A stretch of DNA of 62,549 nucleotides, filler included, from Dirinaria sp. TL-2023a (lineage: Eukaryota), in assembly GCA_051941275.1 (NCBI GenBank). It is 12 parts of 12 records of this genome, joined end to end, with 100 filler letters (N's around TTAATTAATTAA, not from the genome) between each part and the next. Parts side by side here need not be neighbours in the genome. Positions count along the whole stretch, not along the records: positions 36,623 to 41,734 come from JAVEBF010001720.1; positions 41,835 to 46,945 come from JAVEBF010001721.1; positions 47,046 to 52,154 come from JAVEBF010001722.1; 9 more parts are not named here. One strand, written 5' to 3'. Positions 40,201-52,254 of the stretch are shown piece after piece. The translations under genes were made by a program, and so were the position numbers. Under the pieces are notes generated by a model, which was not told the DNA's origin, searched no databases, and was given only the letters and a program-made list of their open reading frames with translations. Each line of letters starts with the position of its first letter. Positions within the stretch are counted from its first letter, which is position 1.

Positions 40201-41347
40201 ATGGCTTTGGCTTTTCCTAAGGTATCGATAGGCAGCGTCTTAACGTGGAAATCTATGGCAGCTTTCAGGATGGCGCTCAAAGTACTTTCTTATGCAAATG
40301 TGAGCGAAACTCAGGCACTGACAAGGTATAGACTCTCAATTCCAAGAATGCTGCGGCATTGGATAAAGATTTGATGAGCGTCGGAGCCTTTTCTCTTGAT
40401 CAGTTGATGGAACTAGCTGGCCTTTCGGTTTCGCAAGCTGGTAACTATTTGTCAATTTGATTCTCCTGCTGTATGAATCTAAGATCTGTTCAAAGTCTAT
40501 CGGGTACATCCTCCCAACAAAGGGAAGAAAGTGCTTGTAGCATGTGGGCCAGGAAACAACGGTAACGAGAGTCTCTTCATTATTGTCTGCTACCCGAGCT
40601 CACGCATCAAAGGTGGTGATGGACTCGTCGCTGCACGTCATTTGTTCCACTATGGATACCAACCAACCATATTCTATCCTAAAAAGACTAACCAGGAGCT
40701 GTACGAGGTCTGCTATTATGATGCTTTCGCCATCATGGAAGCTGATTTATCTCCCAGCGCCTCTCCACCCAGCTCAAGAACCTCGATATACCCTTCACAG
40801 AAGACTTCGAATCTTCTCTTAAAACCACGGATCATGTAGTTGACGCGATCTTTGGTATAACGTTCCCTTTGTAGCCGCAGCCGTACTTTCACTCAACTTC
40901 CCAGGTTTCAGCTTCTCCGGAGAAGTCCGTGACCCATTCCGTTCAGTCATCACAGCTCTAGAAACCACAAGGAAGCCCGTCTTGGCAGTGGACGCGCCGT
41001 CGTCCTGGAACATCGAAGAGGGACCGCCTAGCTCCGGTCCTGGATCCAAGTACCAGCCCGACGCCCTCATCAGTCTGACGGCGCCTAAACCCTTGGTCAA
41101 GTTCTTCGCGAACACGCATTTCATCGGTGGCAGGTATGTTAATGCTCGGTCGATGTCGTTCGAATCGCAAGCATACGCTAGAGCTAGCTAATGCGCCGTC
41201 AGATTCCTGCCACCGTCAGTCGCAGAGAAATACGATCTGGATATTCCAGACTATAAGGGCGACGACCAGATCGTCGAAACGGGTCCAACGGACCAGAAAA
41301 TCCAAGCCGGAAAGGTTTTAAAAATGGCCGAGAGGCAGGACATGTAA
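40201..41347 (+). CDS. NNR1: NAD(P)H-hydrate epimerase (YjeF_N / NAXE)
   Basis: [19 protein letters not shown]...[51 protein letters not shown]. Conserved start at 40270 with in-frame upstream ATGs at 40201 and 40255. Confidence 0.93.
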
Positions 41348-44300
41348 GCTGATGCGAATATAGATTTAGGACAAGCATATGACACAAAATTGTGATTCGT
41401 TGATCAGTAAGTAGATGCAACAAGGTCGAATGATGCAATGACGACAAAACAATGACATCGCAAAATTACGCACTCCTGGCGCAATTTTCTTATCATCTCA
41501 TAAGATTCCTTTCTTTTTTCACATTGAGATGTCAAGTTAATAACACACGCATATAAGTTTACTCATAGATCAGCCTCGAGCCAATTGTATTAAAGAGCAA
41601 AATCCTCGCGTACAAAAAATTATCCGATCCTCTTCAAAAACATACCTTATCTGTAATAAGGCCCTGGTAGCAGTAGTGCACACCACCCCTCAGTTTCAAC
41701 CCCCAAAACTCACAATCATCTACACCTCAAATCCNNNNNNNNNNNNNNNNNNNNNNNNNNNNNNNNNNNNNNNNNNNNTTAATTAATTAANNNNNNNNNN
41801 NNNNNNNNNNNNNNNNNNNNNNNNNNNNNNNNNNGGTTATTGAGTGGAGGGAGGGAGACAGTGGGTTTGAGGGGGGGATATATTATCTATAAACGTCAGC
41901 GCGGCGAAGACGAAGGAAGAGGTCGAAAGAATTTTTTGTGCGCTGCGATTAATGAAACTATAGAGAGAGATGCGAATCAAATGAAAGAAAAGAAAAAAAA
42001 AAAAAAAATGTGAATATAGATTTAAGATCGAGGAAAGAAGAGTTTGGATGGGGATTGTATGAGGATCTGGGAGCTGGGATAGATTAATAGTGGTTACTCG
42101 CGTTTCTCTGATGCTGGATCTTTGAGAGGAGTAGGCAGCTTATATGTAGGCAGGTAGGTAGGTTGGTTATATACTGCTTAAGTACCAAATCCCTAGCAGG
42201 CAATAGATAAACCTTAACAGTAGAAAAAAAAAAGAAATACGGGAATCGAAATCCTATTCTTAGAGTCTATATATTTGATGAGTTAGATTCTAGAAACACA
42301 GCCATAGAACAGAAATATAAACGAGGAATAGGGGAAGACATATTCACAGCCTGATAGGCAGCGCATCGAAACGCTTAATATATATACATGCGTATACTGT
42401 AGGTACGGTTCTTGATTGACTGATTTGAGGGAGGTAGGGATGATGGGCATCATAAATAGGAATAAGGGGTTTGGGGAAACAGACGGGTTTATTATTTTGC
42501 CTAGGTAAAGTAAGATACGGCAGGATTTGAGTGAGTGATTTATTGATTGCTTTTGAGGATGTGATATGTGATGTAAGGTGTAGTGTAGGGGAAAGGAGGG
42601 GAAGTTATGGAGTTGATTCAGGGGAGAATGTGGTGTGGATGCGCATGCTCAATGCGATGAAACATTTCGGTCTTGAGAAGGTGGGACTTTATGAGGTCAT
42701 GATATCGATTTTTGAAGCTTTGGATACTTGAAAATAAAAGATCGGTTATAATGAGTGTGTAAGGGAGAACAGGGTTATGGATTATGCACGAGTAATGGAG
42801 TGGGATGGGGTATTGATTGGATTCTATATAGTGAGTGTTTTTGGGTTTGAGATGTTTAGGTGAGGGAGGTGCAGATATAGGGATTACTGGGTAGGTATTG
42901 TATGTTAGGGGTGTGGTTGGAGTTGGCGCAAGGTGATAATGAAGGCTCTTTATTGGTGGAAATCTGCCTAGGTAAGGAGCACTTAGCGGAGACTGCTTCA
43001 GAAAAGTATGTACGGTCAACTTCTCATCACAAGTTCCCAATGTATAGCCACAAATCCCAATTCTCCTCACCACCCTTCACCCCACCCCTCTTCTTTCTTT
43101 TGACATTCCTTGCGGAACATCTAAGGGAATTGAAAAGTTTATAGGCGCTTTATCTCTCTCCGTGTGTCTCTTTCTGTCTCTCACACTCTTGGAGCTACAT
43201 CCTTTTTCTAGGCTGCATTTGTATTCCTTTTCTTTGGGATTTTTTTTTTTTCTTTTCCTTTGGTCTGGTATGCGGTTTATAGTTCATCGTTTGACCCTTT
43301 GGGTGCTATACCATACGCATTACAAGATTAGTAATAGTCCAAGGCGCCAACTTTTTTGCATTCAAGAAAATCCGCAACCATTGGAAAACTGGAGATCGAA
43401 ACGGTGGTCGGCTTTGGCACTCGTGGCTTTCAATGGACGCACGCAATCCTTTTTGCAGGCAATTCAATTTAACCGTCTCGAGCGAAACTGGAGCAACCGC
43501 AAAATCTTTCATATTTACGCATGATTCTGAGTCACTTGCCGGCATATATTTTGTCTAGCGATAGTACAATTGCAGCGAACTTGTTTGCTCGAATTCCATC
43601 GCTTGCAGGTCAAGACTCTATGAAAAAGTCTTGCTAGATCTCTCTCTCAGGAAGTAAAGAAAGCTGGAGGTAAATTGCAATTTTTGCTGAGTTTACTTGG
43701 TGCTGATGTCGGTGTGAACTGTCAAGCTAGTTTTTGATTGTGGTTTCTTCTTTTCTTTTCTTTTTTTTTTTGGAGCGGCGTGAGAGAGGTTCCACAGGAT
43801 TCCCACTGTCAGCTCTGTCAGCCGAGCCAGCCGCTTCCCCTCCCATACCTCCCGCTTCCAATTACAGGTTCCGGGAGCATTATTACACCCCGGGGCTTGC
43901 ATACCCTATGCGAGAATCAGATCACATCTTTCAGGTCACCCTATCAGATTCGACATCGACCGCTCACGTCTTACTAGTCTAGATGCTTCCGATGCTGAGT
44001 GAGAATTTCTTCAATATGTAAGACGCTGTCGTTGTCGAGATGATTTAGGAATTGTTAGCGATTGCTGTTTAAATGGTATTTTAGTTTTATGAGGGACTGC
44101 GCAATGATTCGTTGGCGCTAATAAAGAATATTTTGGATTTCTCAAAGTTGATATTGGGCGTAGGTGGATGTCAATAGGCGAAGCCTTCGGTTGTCAACAA
44201 ATGCTCCGACGTCGGGCGGTTTCCGATGGTTCGGAACGATATGCTAAGCTATTTTTTTAGGCGTTTCTGCTTTATCTTATCGCTATCAATCGCCGAAACC

Positions 44301-44524
44301 TACCTACCACTTCTTCGGGCAATTGCTGAGGTAAGAGAAGGTACTGCAAGGTAAGGTAAGGAAGGTGAGGTGAGGTGCGATTGCACAAGTGTTGGACCAT
44401 CTTACTCTGGTCCATGAGCTCCGATCCTTCGCTTTCCGACCTTTTTTTTCCTCTTCATTCTTTCCTCTTCTTTCCTTGCGTTCTTTCAGTGCCAATTGAT
44501 TCCTGTTGTAGAGACTTCCCCACC

Positions 44525-46308
44525 ATGGTAATGTTCCAAAGCTTTCGTGGGCTACCAATGCCGCTAATTGAAGTTCTGAGTCGGCGCCCAAAAGTCTTCG
44601 GGTCAGATACAAGGCTCAGCTTCCGGAAGGCTCGGCACTTTTCGACGGCTGACCTGAGCGCACTCGATGCTACGAAAGGTGACCGTGAACGCGTGGTAGT
44701 CCTTGGCTCCGGTTGGGCTGGTGAGCTGGGTGTTGAAGAATCCAATCGCAAATTGCTCATGCGTTGCCAGGCTTTGTGCTTTCGAGGAAACTATCGGCAA
44801 AGAAGTTTCAAACCCTGGTCATATCGCCCCGCTCATACTTTGTCTTCACCCCTCTCCTCAATTCCACTTCGGTTGGCACGCTTGAGTTTCGCACCGCGCT
44901 GGAACCGGTCCGTTCCCGCCGGAAGCCAAATGTCGCATTCATGCAAGGGCGAGCAGATGATGTGAATTTTAGTCGGAAGATGATCACCGTGGAGGAGAGC
45001 GTGGCCCATCATAGGCAAGGGCTCGCCATGATAGGAGATCTACACGGAAACGAGCCTCCCGGAGTGGTTCAATCAGAGGAGGGGGTCCGACGAAAACCAC
45101 GCAGAAGATGGGAAATTCCCTACGACAAGCTGGTGGTAAGCGTTGGTTGTTATGCTCAGACATTTGGCACAAAGGGGGTCAAAGAGAACGCCTTTTTCCA
45201 AAAGGATGTCGGAGATGCAAGGAAGATCCGAACGAGAATCCTCGAATGCTTCGAGTACGCTTCGTTACCCACCACGACTGAGAAACGGCGGAAGCAGCTA
45301 CTGAACTTTGCAGTCGTAGGCGGTGGCCCCACTGGGATGGAGTTCGCTGCTGAGCTGAGCGATATAGTCACGCAGGACATGAAAAAACTGTACCCGGCAT
45401 TGGCACCCAAGGTCAAGATCACCATTTACGATGTCATGCCGAGAGTCCTTAGCATGTTCGACGAAAGTCTGGGTGAGTACGCGATGCGACATTTCCAACG
45501 GCAAGGCGTAGAGATCAAGACCTCTCACAACGTCGAAGAGCTCCGACCAGGTTTACCGAGGGAGGAAGGAGAGGAAGAGGTGACCGACCGCCAGGGCTGT
45601 TACACGCTGAGGACTAAAGAGAATGGAGACATTGGTGTCGGAATGTGTGTGTGGAGCACAGGAAACATGATGAATCCTTTCGTCCAGCGGTCTTTGGAGA
45701 AGGTCCATACCTTCCCCAAGGACTCCGCACAAACCTTCGCCGGCAAGGGCTATCGACAGTTGACCGGAGACGAGGAATGGATGATAGAGAAGAATCGGAA
45801 GACGGGCGCCATCATCGTCGATGACCATATGCGGGTCCAGCTCCAAACCAAAGTCCCTAAGCCGGCGAATGGAGAAAAGCCCGAGGAACCCGCCTCGCGC
45901 GCATATATGAAAGATGTATTTGCTCTCGGTGATAACGCTAATGTGCGCAATATGGCAATGCCGGCTACGGCGCAGGTTGCCTCTCAACAAGCGTTATGGT
46001 TGGCCAAGCGGCTCAACAATGAAACCGTGCAGATGCAGAGCTTCACATGGAACAACCTAGGCGTGATGGCTTATCTCGGAACGTCGAAGGGCTTGGTGCA
46101 GACGGGGGGTGGGAAGCGGCTGCAAGGCTGGCTCGCGTGGTTGGTCTGGAGAGGCGCATATCTGACGATGAGTGTCAGTTGGAGGAACAGGATTCTCATC
46201 CCGACCTACTGGTATGTCGCACGCCGGACTTGGATCGGAGATGTGGGCTTCTAACGCCGTGGCAGGTTTTTGAACTGGGTTTTCGGGAGAGACATAACGC
46301 GCTTCTGA
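44525..46308 (+). CDS. Type II (alternative) NAD(P)H:ubiquinone oxidoreductase, mitochondrial
   Basis: Presequence-like N-terminus, VVVLGSGWA|G, FVFTPLL, VVGGGPTGMEFAAE, FALGD, PATAQVASQQ; ends FGRDITRF*. Confidence 0.93.
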
Positions 46309-47535
46309 GGCTGCGTACGAGGACTTTCAATCACGAAAACCAGATTATCATGCTGACTGGTCCGATGTTCGAGTTAGTTGAATTCACACCAAGGTATGAC
46401 TGCGATCTAGATTTGACTTCTCGGAACTGCAGCCGCTCGACAAGCGCACCATATTCCCAGATCGAGGATCGATGATGTTTTGACGCCCACAACGATAGAG
46501 AGCATGGCATCGTGCGACGAAAAATAGACATTAGAATAGATTTCATGCATGCAAATGCTTCTTCAGCTTTCCAGCCTTCAATCTCGATCCGATTCGCAGC
46601 AAGTTTCGATAGTGCTCGGTTGATCCAATTCGTCCGAAGTTATCTTACATTCCAACCATCGGAAAACCAAGTTTCGAAGGTTGGACAAAGAAAAAACCGG
46701 TTGGCGACCCCACAATCACTCCTTTCCATATTTCCACGAAATCCGATAGGTCCACCCTTTCTCCAAGGTACCTTAAGGTTTCTCGCAGGAAAGAAAACCT
46801 GGTTTCGATGTACAAAGTAAAAGGTAAAGGAGGTACGGTACGGAGTAAGTAAAGTAGGTTCCACACGCGCCCCCACACACATCCCTTACTCTTATTCCCC
46901 CACCTCCAACCCAAGTCACATGACAAAGTATGACGTGCATTCTGTNNNNNNNNNNNNNNNNNNNNNNNNNNNNNNNNNNNNNNNNNNNNTTAATTAATTA
47001 ANNNNNNNNNNNNNNNNNNNNNNNNNNNNNNNNNNNNNNNNNNNNCCGCCGAACGGCCCCTTGTAAGCCTTTAGGTGCATCCAATTGGCGCCGGGCTGCG
47101 TTCCGCTGACGCCACGCACCTCCTGTATGATTTGTCTCGTCTGTATCCCTCAGCTGCCTTCGAGTCCGCGGCCCCTTGGGCGGCTCTAAAGCGGGTCACA
47201 GCATCCACATTGATTCCTGCCAATCCCTGGCGCAGTTTCATTGTTCGGACAATTAACACAGTTGGTCGTGCGAGCCGTGCCTAGATGCCAGTAGCGCACA
47301 ATGGTTTTTTACTTCTTCCGTGTTTCAGCTCGTGTGATATGGTGCACTATGTTTACTTTCTCAGCTGATCTTTCTACCTCTGGCTTGCATACTACCGGAT
47401 GGTTTACGTCCATTTTTTCCAAGCAAATCTAGGTCCCTCGGTCGGCACCTCCTTTAACGGCTTTCCCTACAGCAATGCAAGCATACACTGGTTTCTGGCT
47501 CATGCCTTACTCGGAGCGATCTTCTTTTAGTGGTG

Positions 47536-50500
47536 ATGCCGTTGTGCCAGCTCGCAAACCCTGTGCCAAAACAGCGATGGTCCGGCAGCGATCCGAAATC
47601 ATTTTTTGTTGAGTAAGCATTACATGAATCCCTTCCAGAAATTGGCATGAAGACTTGCCTAACTTTGGTTGCGATTCAATGGCACTCGCTCTTGTAGCGG
47701 CTGGCATCCGCAGTCGAAGTCGCTCCCGCGAAAGAGTACCTCCGCCACTAGGGTTTTGGTGCTGAGCTGTGCTGAGCAGCATCAAAGCAGCTTCGCATTC
47801 ATGGATTCTTACTGATGCAACTTTGCCAGCATTGTGGCCGTACATGGCCTCGACGAAAACGAAATCGAGGCATGGACTGATCCATCCACGGAGATTCTGT
47901 GGCTGCGAGACCTTCTTCCGCAAGCAATTGATCAGGTTCGAGTACTTACGTTTGGTTATGCTGCCTATGCATCCTCTTTTTACGGCAGTGGATCGTCCGA
48001 TCGAATCCAACAGCATGCGCATACTCTCGTTGCCGATGTACAAGCGGACCGAGCGCTGGAAGGCTGTTCGGAAAGACCGTTGATTTTCATTTGCCATGGC
48101 CTGGGTGGTATCCTGGTGAAGAAGGCCTTATCATACTCAGCCTCTAGAACATCGAAGAATGTGGAGCATCTTCACTCCATTTTTACCTCAACGTATGCTA
48201 TCTTGTTCTTCGGTACCCCTCATCATGGTCTCAAGATGTGGACTCAGGCAGCTGTTTCCAACCAGGTACACATGAGCCATGCATCACACCATAATGACAG
48301 TCAATTGCTGTCGGCAATTAAGAAAGACTCTGAGACTCTGGAGGCGATCACTGACCAATTTGCACCACTGATGAAGCAATTCCATGTTTTCTTCTTCTGG
48401 GAAGAGCTGGAAAGCGACTTTGGTGATCGGCTCGGGTACGTGGTTGACGAGACCTCTGCAGCTCCTATGATGGACAACACCGAACGCGCAGGAATTCATG
48501 CCAATCATGCGCAAATGGTACGCTTCTCGGATGCGCGTTCCTCGAGTTACAGGACCGTTGCTGAGGCACTCGTTCGATACTGTCGAGATGCACCATCGAT
48601 CATCTCGCGACGGGGGCAACAAGCGACTGAAGCTCTTGCTCGCGCTCGATCGAATGAAGCGCAAGAATTAGCGGGCGTAGCTTTCGATACCCATGATAAT
48701 GACAGGCCCTTTGAATCTAAACGAAAGATTCCAGAGAAACCACACAATAAGTTTTTCTTTATTCCCCAAGTTGTCAGCAGTATCTTCACCGGGAGGGAGG
48801 GCACGGCTCGCAGCGTGATAGACTCATTATTATCACCGACCCCTAGTGTTTCATCACAGCAACGAAGATTTGTGATCCACGGTATCGGAGGTTCAGGAAA
48901 GACACAATTCTGTTCGAAATTTGCACAAGACAATAGGGATAGGTGATCTCAGGCAATCAGCGTTCAAGCACGGCCACTAACATGTAACCAGATTCTGGGG
49001 CGTATTCTGGGTTGACGCAACGTCAACTGAAACCGCAAAACAGTCCTTTGCAAAGATCGGCAAGCTTGGAGGGATGGAAGCAACACAAAGCGCTGGCAAA
49101 CATTGGCTGTCCAATATGGAAGAGCCTTGGCTACTTATCCTTGACAATGCCGACGACCCTTCTTTGGACCTTCCAAGCCTGTTTCCGGAGGGCGAACGAG
49201 GGCACATCCTGGTGACTACTAGGAATCCAGGTTTCAGAATTCATGCCACGGTTGGCGCCGTCGAATTCATGGGGCTGGCGAAGAAAGATGCACTACACCT
49301 TCTACTAAGGGCATCGGACTTTCCAAAGCCGTGGGACTCTAATCTAGAGGATCATGGGAACAAGATCGCGGATACTCTAGGATATCTAGCGTTAGCCTTG
49401 ATACAAGCTGGCGCTTTGATACTTCAAAGGATATGCAAGATCGATGACTACCTTGGCGTCTACGATAAATTTCGAAGGAAAATTAAACTACGCGATTCTT
49501 TAGGAACTTTCAGTGCGCAAGAGCGAACTGTATATGCCACTTGGGAGCATTCCATTGAATCTTTGGAGGCGCGGGGCACAGAGGCAAATCTCGACGCCAT
49601 CCAAGCATTATGCATCGTTGCATTCTACCACTTCGAGCATATCAGAGTTGATATCTTCGTTCGTGCCTTGACAAACCGTTCTGCAGCACTTGCTAGCATT
49701 ACTGGTGCCTCACTGATTGGCAGAATGCTGAGTGCGACGATGTCACGTATGCGGGCTCGGCCCATACTTCCTGATTTTCTTCGAGGAGCCAAGGCTGAGC
49801 TTGATGCCTCACGCATAAGGCATGCGCTGCACGTATTGCGTTCCTTTTCTCTCATAAGCTATGACAGCAATGATGACAGTTTCTCGCTTCACCCAGTGGT
49901 GCATTCTTGGGCGCGAGACAGACTTAGCCATGGAGAGCAGCATGTCTGGGCGCACATCGCATTGAATGTACTCAGCGAGGCGATTTTGCTTCCCCCAAAC
50001 GACGCTGGCGAGTCGCATGAGGAATTCCGCAGAGATATACTCCCACATCTTGATCGTTGTCTCCGAGGGCGACCGATCGAGATCCTGGACTTTCAAGCCG
50101 TTTTTGGTGGATACACGTTTCCCTTTGCCATAATCCTGCGCCAGCCGTTACTGCACGTTTTCCGCGACCAAGTACTGAATGCCGCTAAGTGTGGCTACGT
50201 CTATGCCGAGCGTGGCCGATTCAACGAGGCCGCAGTGTTGCTTTCCCAAGTCAAGGACGCATTGGTGCAAAGCAGAGGCCATCAAAATGAGCTTACCATG
50301 CGTGCAATGCTCGGCCTTGCAGGGACCCTTTGGGGGCTTGGTCGTTTAGAAGAAGCCGTGGTTTTGCAGAAGGATGTTGTCAAAGCTCGTAGTTGTAGCT
50401 TAGGCCTCGAGCATCCGGATACGCTTTCGGCGATGGATCAATTGGGGCGGTCTTTGTGGTTGAATGGACAGTATAAAGAGGCTCTCGAGCTTCAAACATT

Positions 50501-51308
50501 GACACTGCAGCGAATGCAAGCCTCCTTGGGTCCCAAACATTTGGACACGCTATCAGCAATGGATAATCTGGGTGTGACCTACGGTTCGTGGCAGAAATAC
50601 CAAGTGAGCATGGAGTTGCACTCCCAGGTACTTGCAGCGCGGAGAGATCATCTGGGTGCCAATCACCTTGACACTCTAACCACCATGAGCAATCTCGCAA
50701 TGGCCTACAAAGACCTTGGGTTCTTGAGCAAAGCTAAAGCTCTTGCTACAGACGTATACGAACAGCGCAAAATGAAACTTGGAAAAGAGCATCCTTGGAC
50801 GTTGTGGTCACTGTGTAATCTTGCTAAAGTTAACACAGAGCTAGGACTGTATCAAGAGGCGGAGGCCATGCTGATTCCCGGGATCGCTGCTGCGAAGCGC
50901 AGCCTCGGCGACGCCCACCTAGGAGTCTTGATGGGCATTGGGGAACTTACACGAGTCTACGCGCGTCAAGGGCGGTTCCCAGAAGCGGAGAAGCTCTCAG
51001 AACAATTGATTGAGGGACTTGAGCCGTCTCGAGGGCCCGAGCATCCAGACACCATCTACGCTATATACAAGAGCGCACAACTCTACGAAAACCAAGGCAG
51101 GTTTGAAAAGGCTCTGCAGCTATGCCAGCGCGCGCACGACAGAGTCCCGATGAGACTGACTACTGGACACCCTATGGCGGAGACAATCTCCTCGCAGCTT
51201 CGGAAGCTCGAGCAACGCGGGCACAAAGAACGTGAAAGCCTTCGTGGCTCTGCAGCATCGCTCGGACATACAGAGAATCAGAAGATACGGAGCCATAAGA
51301 CATTCTGA
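47536..51308 (+). CDS. Fungal NLR: SesB-like (pseudo)hydrolase + NB-ARC + 42-aa TPR repeats
   Basis: Exon 1 47536-47612 (…FVD|IVAVHG); FICHGLGG; FFGTPHHG; IHANHAQMVRF; GIGGSGKT; intron 48943-48991; WLLILDNADD; LVTTR; LALAL; LHPVVH; LGxxHPDTL repeats. Confidence 0.9.
50270..51170 (+). repeat. About 8 kinesin-light-chain-type 42-aa TPR units
   Basis: Recurring LG.EHPDTL.AM..L motif spaced 42 aa apart. Confidence 0.85.
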
Positions 51309-52254
51309 TCACAGATGCAGAAGCGCCTACAACAGTTCTCAGAGCTAGCAATATCACGGATTAGACAAGTGGACTCTCGGCCTTGCATGGGAATTCAAGT
51401 GTGCAGGAGCCTCCCCTCGCCCGAAGGGACTTGCCGAATGGACACCCCCTTTTACTATTTTGACTCACTTCTTTTCCAATGAATCGGAGGAACGACTCTC
51501 AAAATCAAAAAGCATTTTGAAAACGATAAAAATCTTTCGATGGAAAGTAGTCGATTCGAAGCTTCCTCAATCCAAAGACGGTCAACTCCATCCAAAAGTC
51601 AAAAACTTTGCCAAAAAAAAAATCGTACAATTAAATCGAGAGTTGATTTTAAAAAAAGAAAAAGAAAAATAGGCGCATGCAAGAAGGCCAATTTAATTTC
51701 CCCCACCTACCCATACATATATTGGACGAAAGACTCCCAGAGAATCAAAGAGCGTAAAACAACAACAGTTGTTTAATCCTCTCGCTCCATTCTCGGAAAG
51801 ACAAGAGTTTAAAAAAAAAAAAAAGAGCTCCGAGAGTCGAAGGCACCATAATAACTCTATGAGAGGAAACATAGATCGGGACAATCAAAATCAAAGACCA
51901 AAGTCACTTGGGAAGGAGAGGGGGAAGCGGGGGTGAGGGTCAAAATAAGTGTAGGGGGGAAAAAAAAAGAAAAAAGAGAAAAGAAAAAAAAAAAAAAAAA
52001 AAAAAAGAGACAAAGTGTCAAACCCAGCGCCTCTGCTTCGAAAAGAAAGTAAATAGCACTAGCCTGCCTATAGATATAGCCAGCGTCAGAAATCCCTCCG
52101 CCCGTCGGGAGAGTTGGCTTTGCTAGCCTGAATAAACAAGTAGCTAATCAACTCNNNNNNNNNNNNNNNNNNNNNNNNNNNNNNNNNNNNNNNNNNNNTT
52201 AATTAATTAANNNNNNNNNNNNNNNNNNNNNNNNNNNNNNNNNNNNNNNNNNNN

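Noticed and set aside
42500..43100. GTGATGA...CTGA motifs and intron-like signals on the minus strand
   Set aside because: No recognisable guide or coding frame; compatible with UTR or intergenic DNA.
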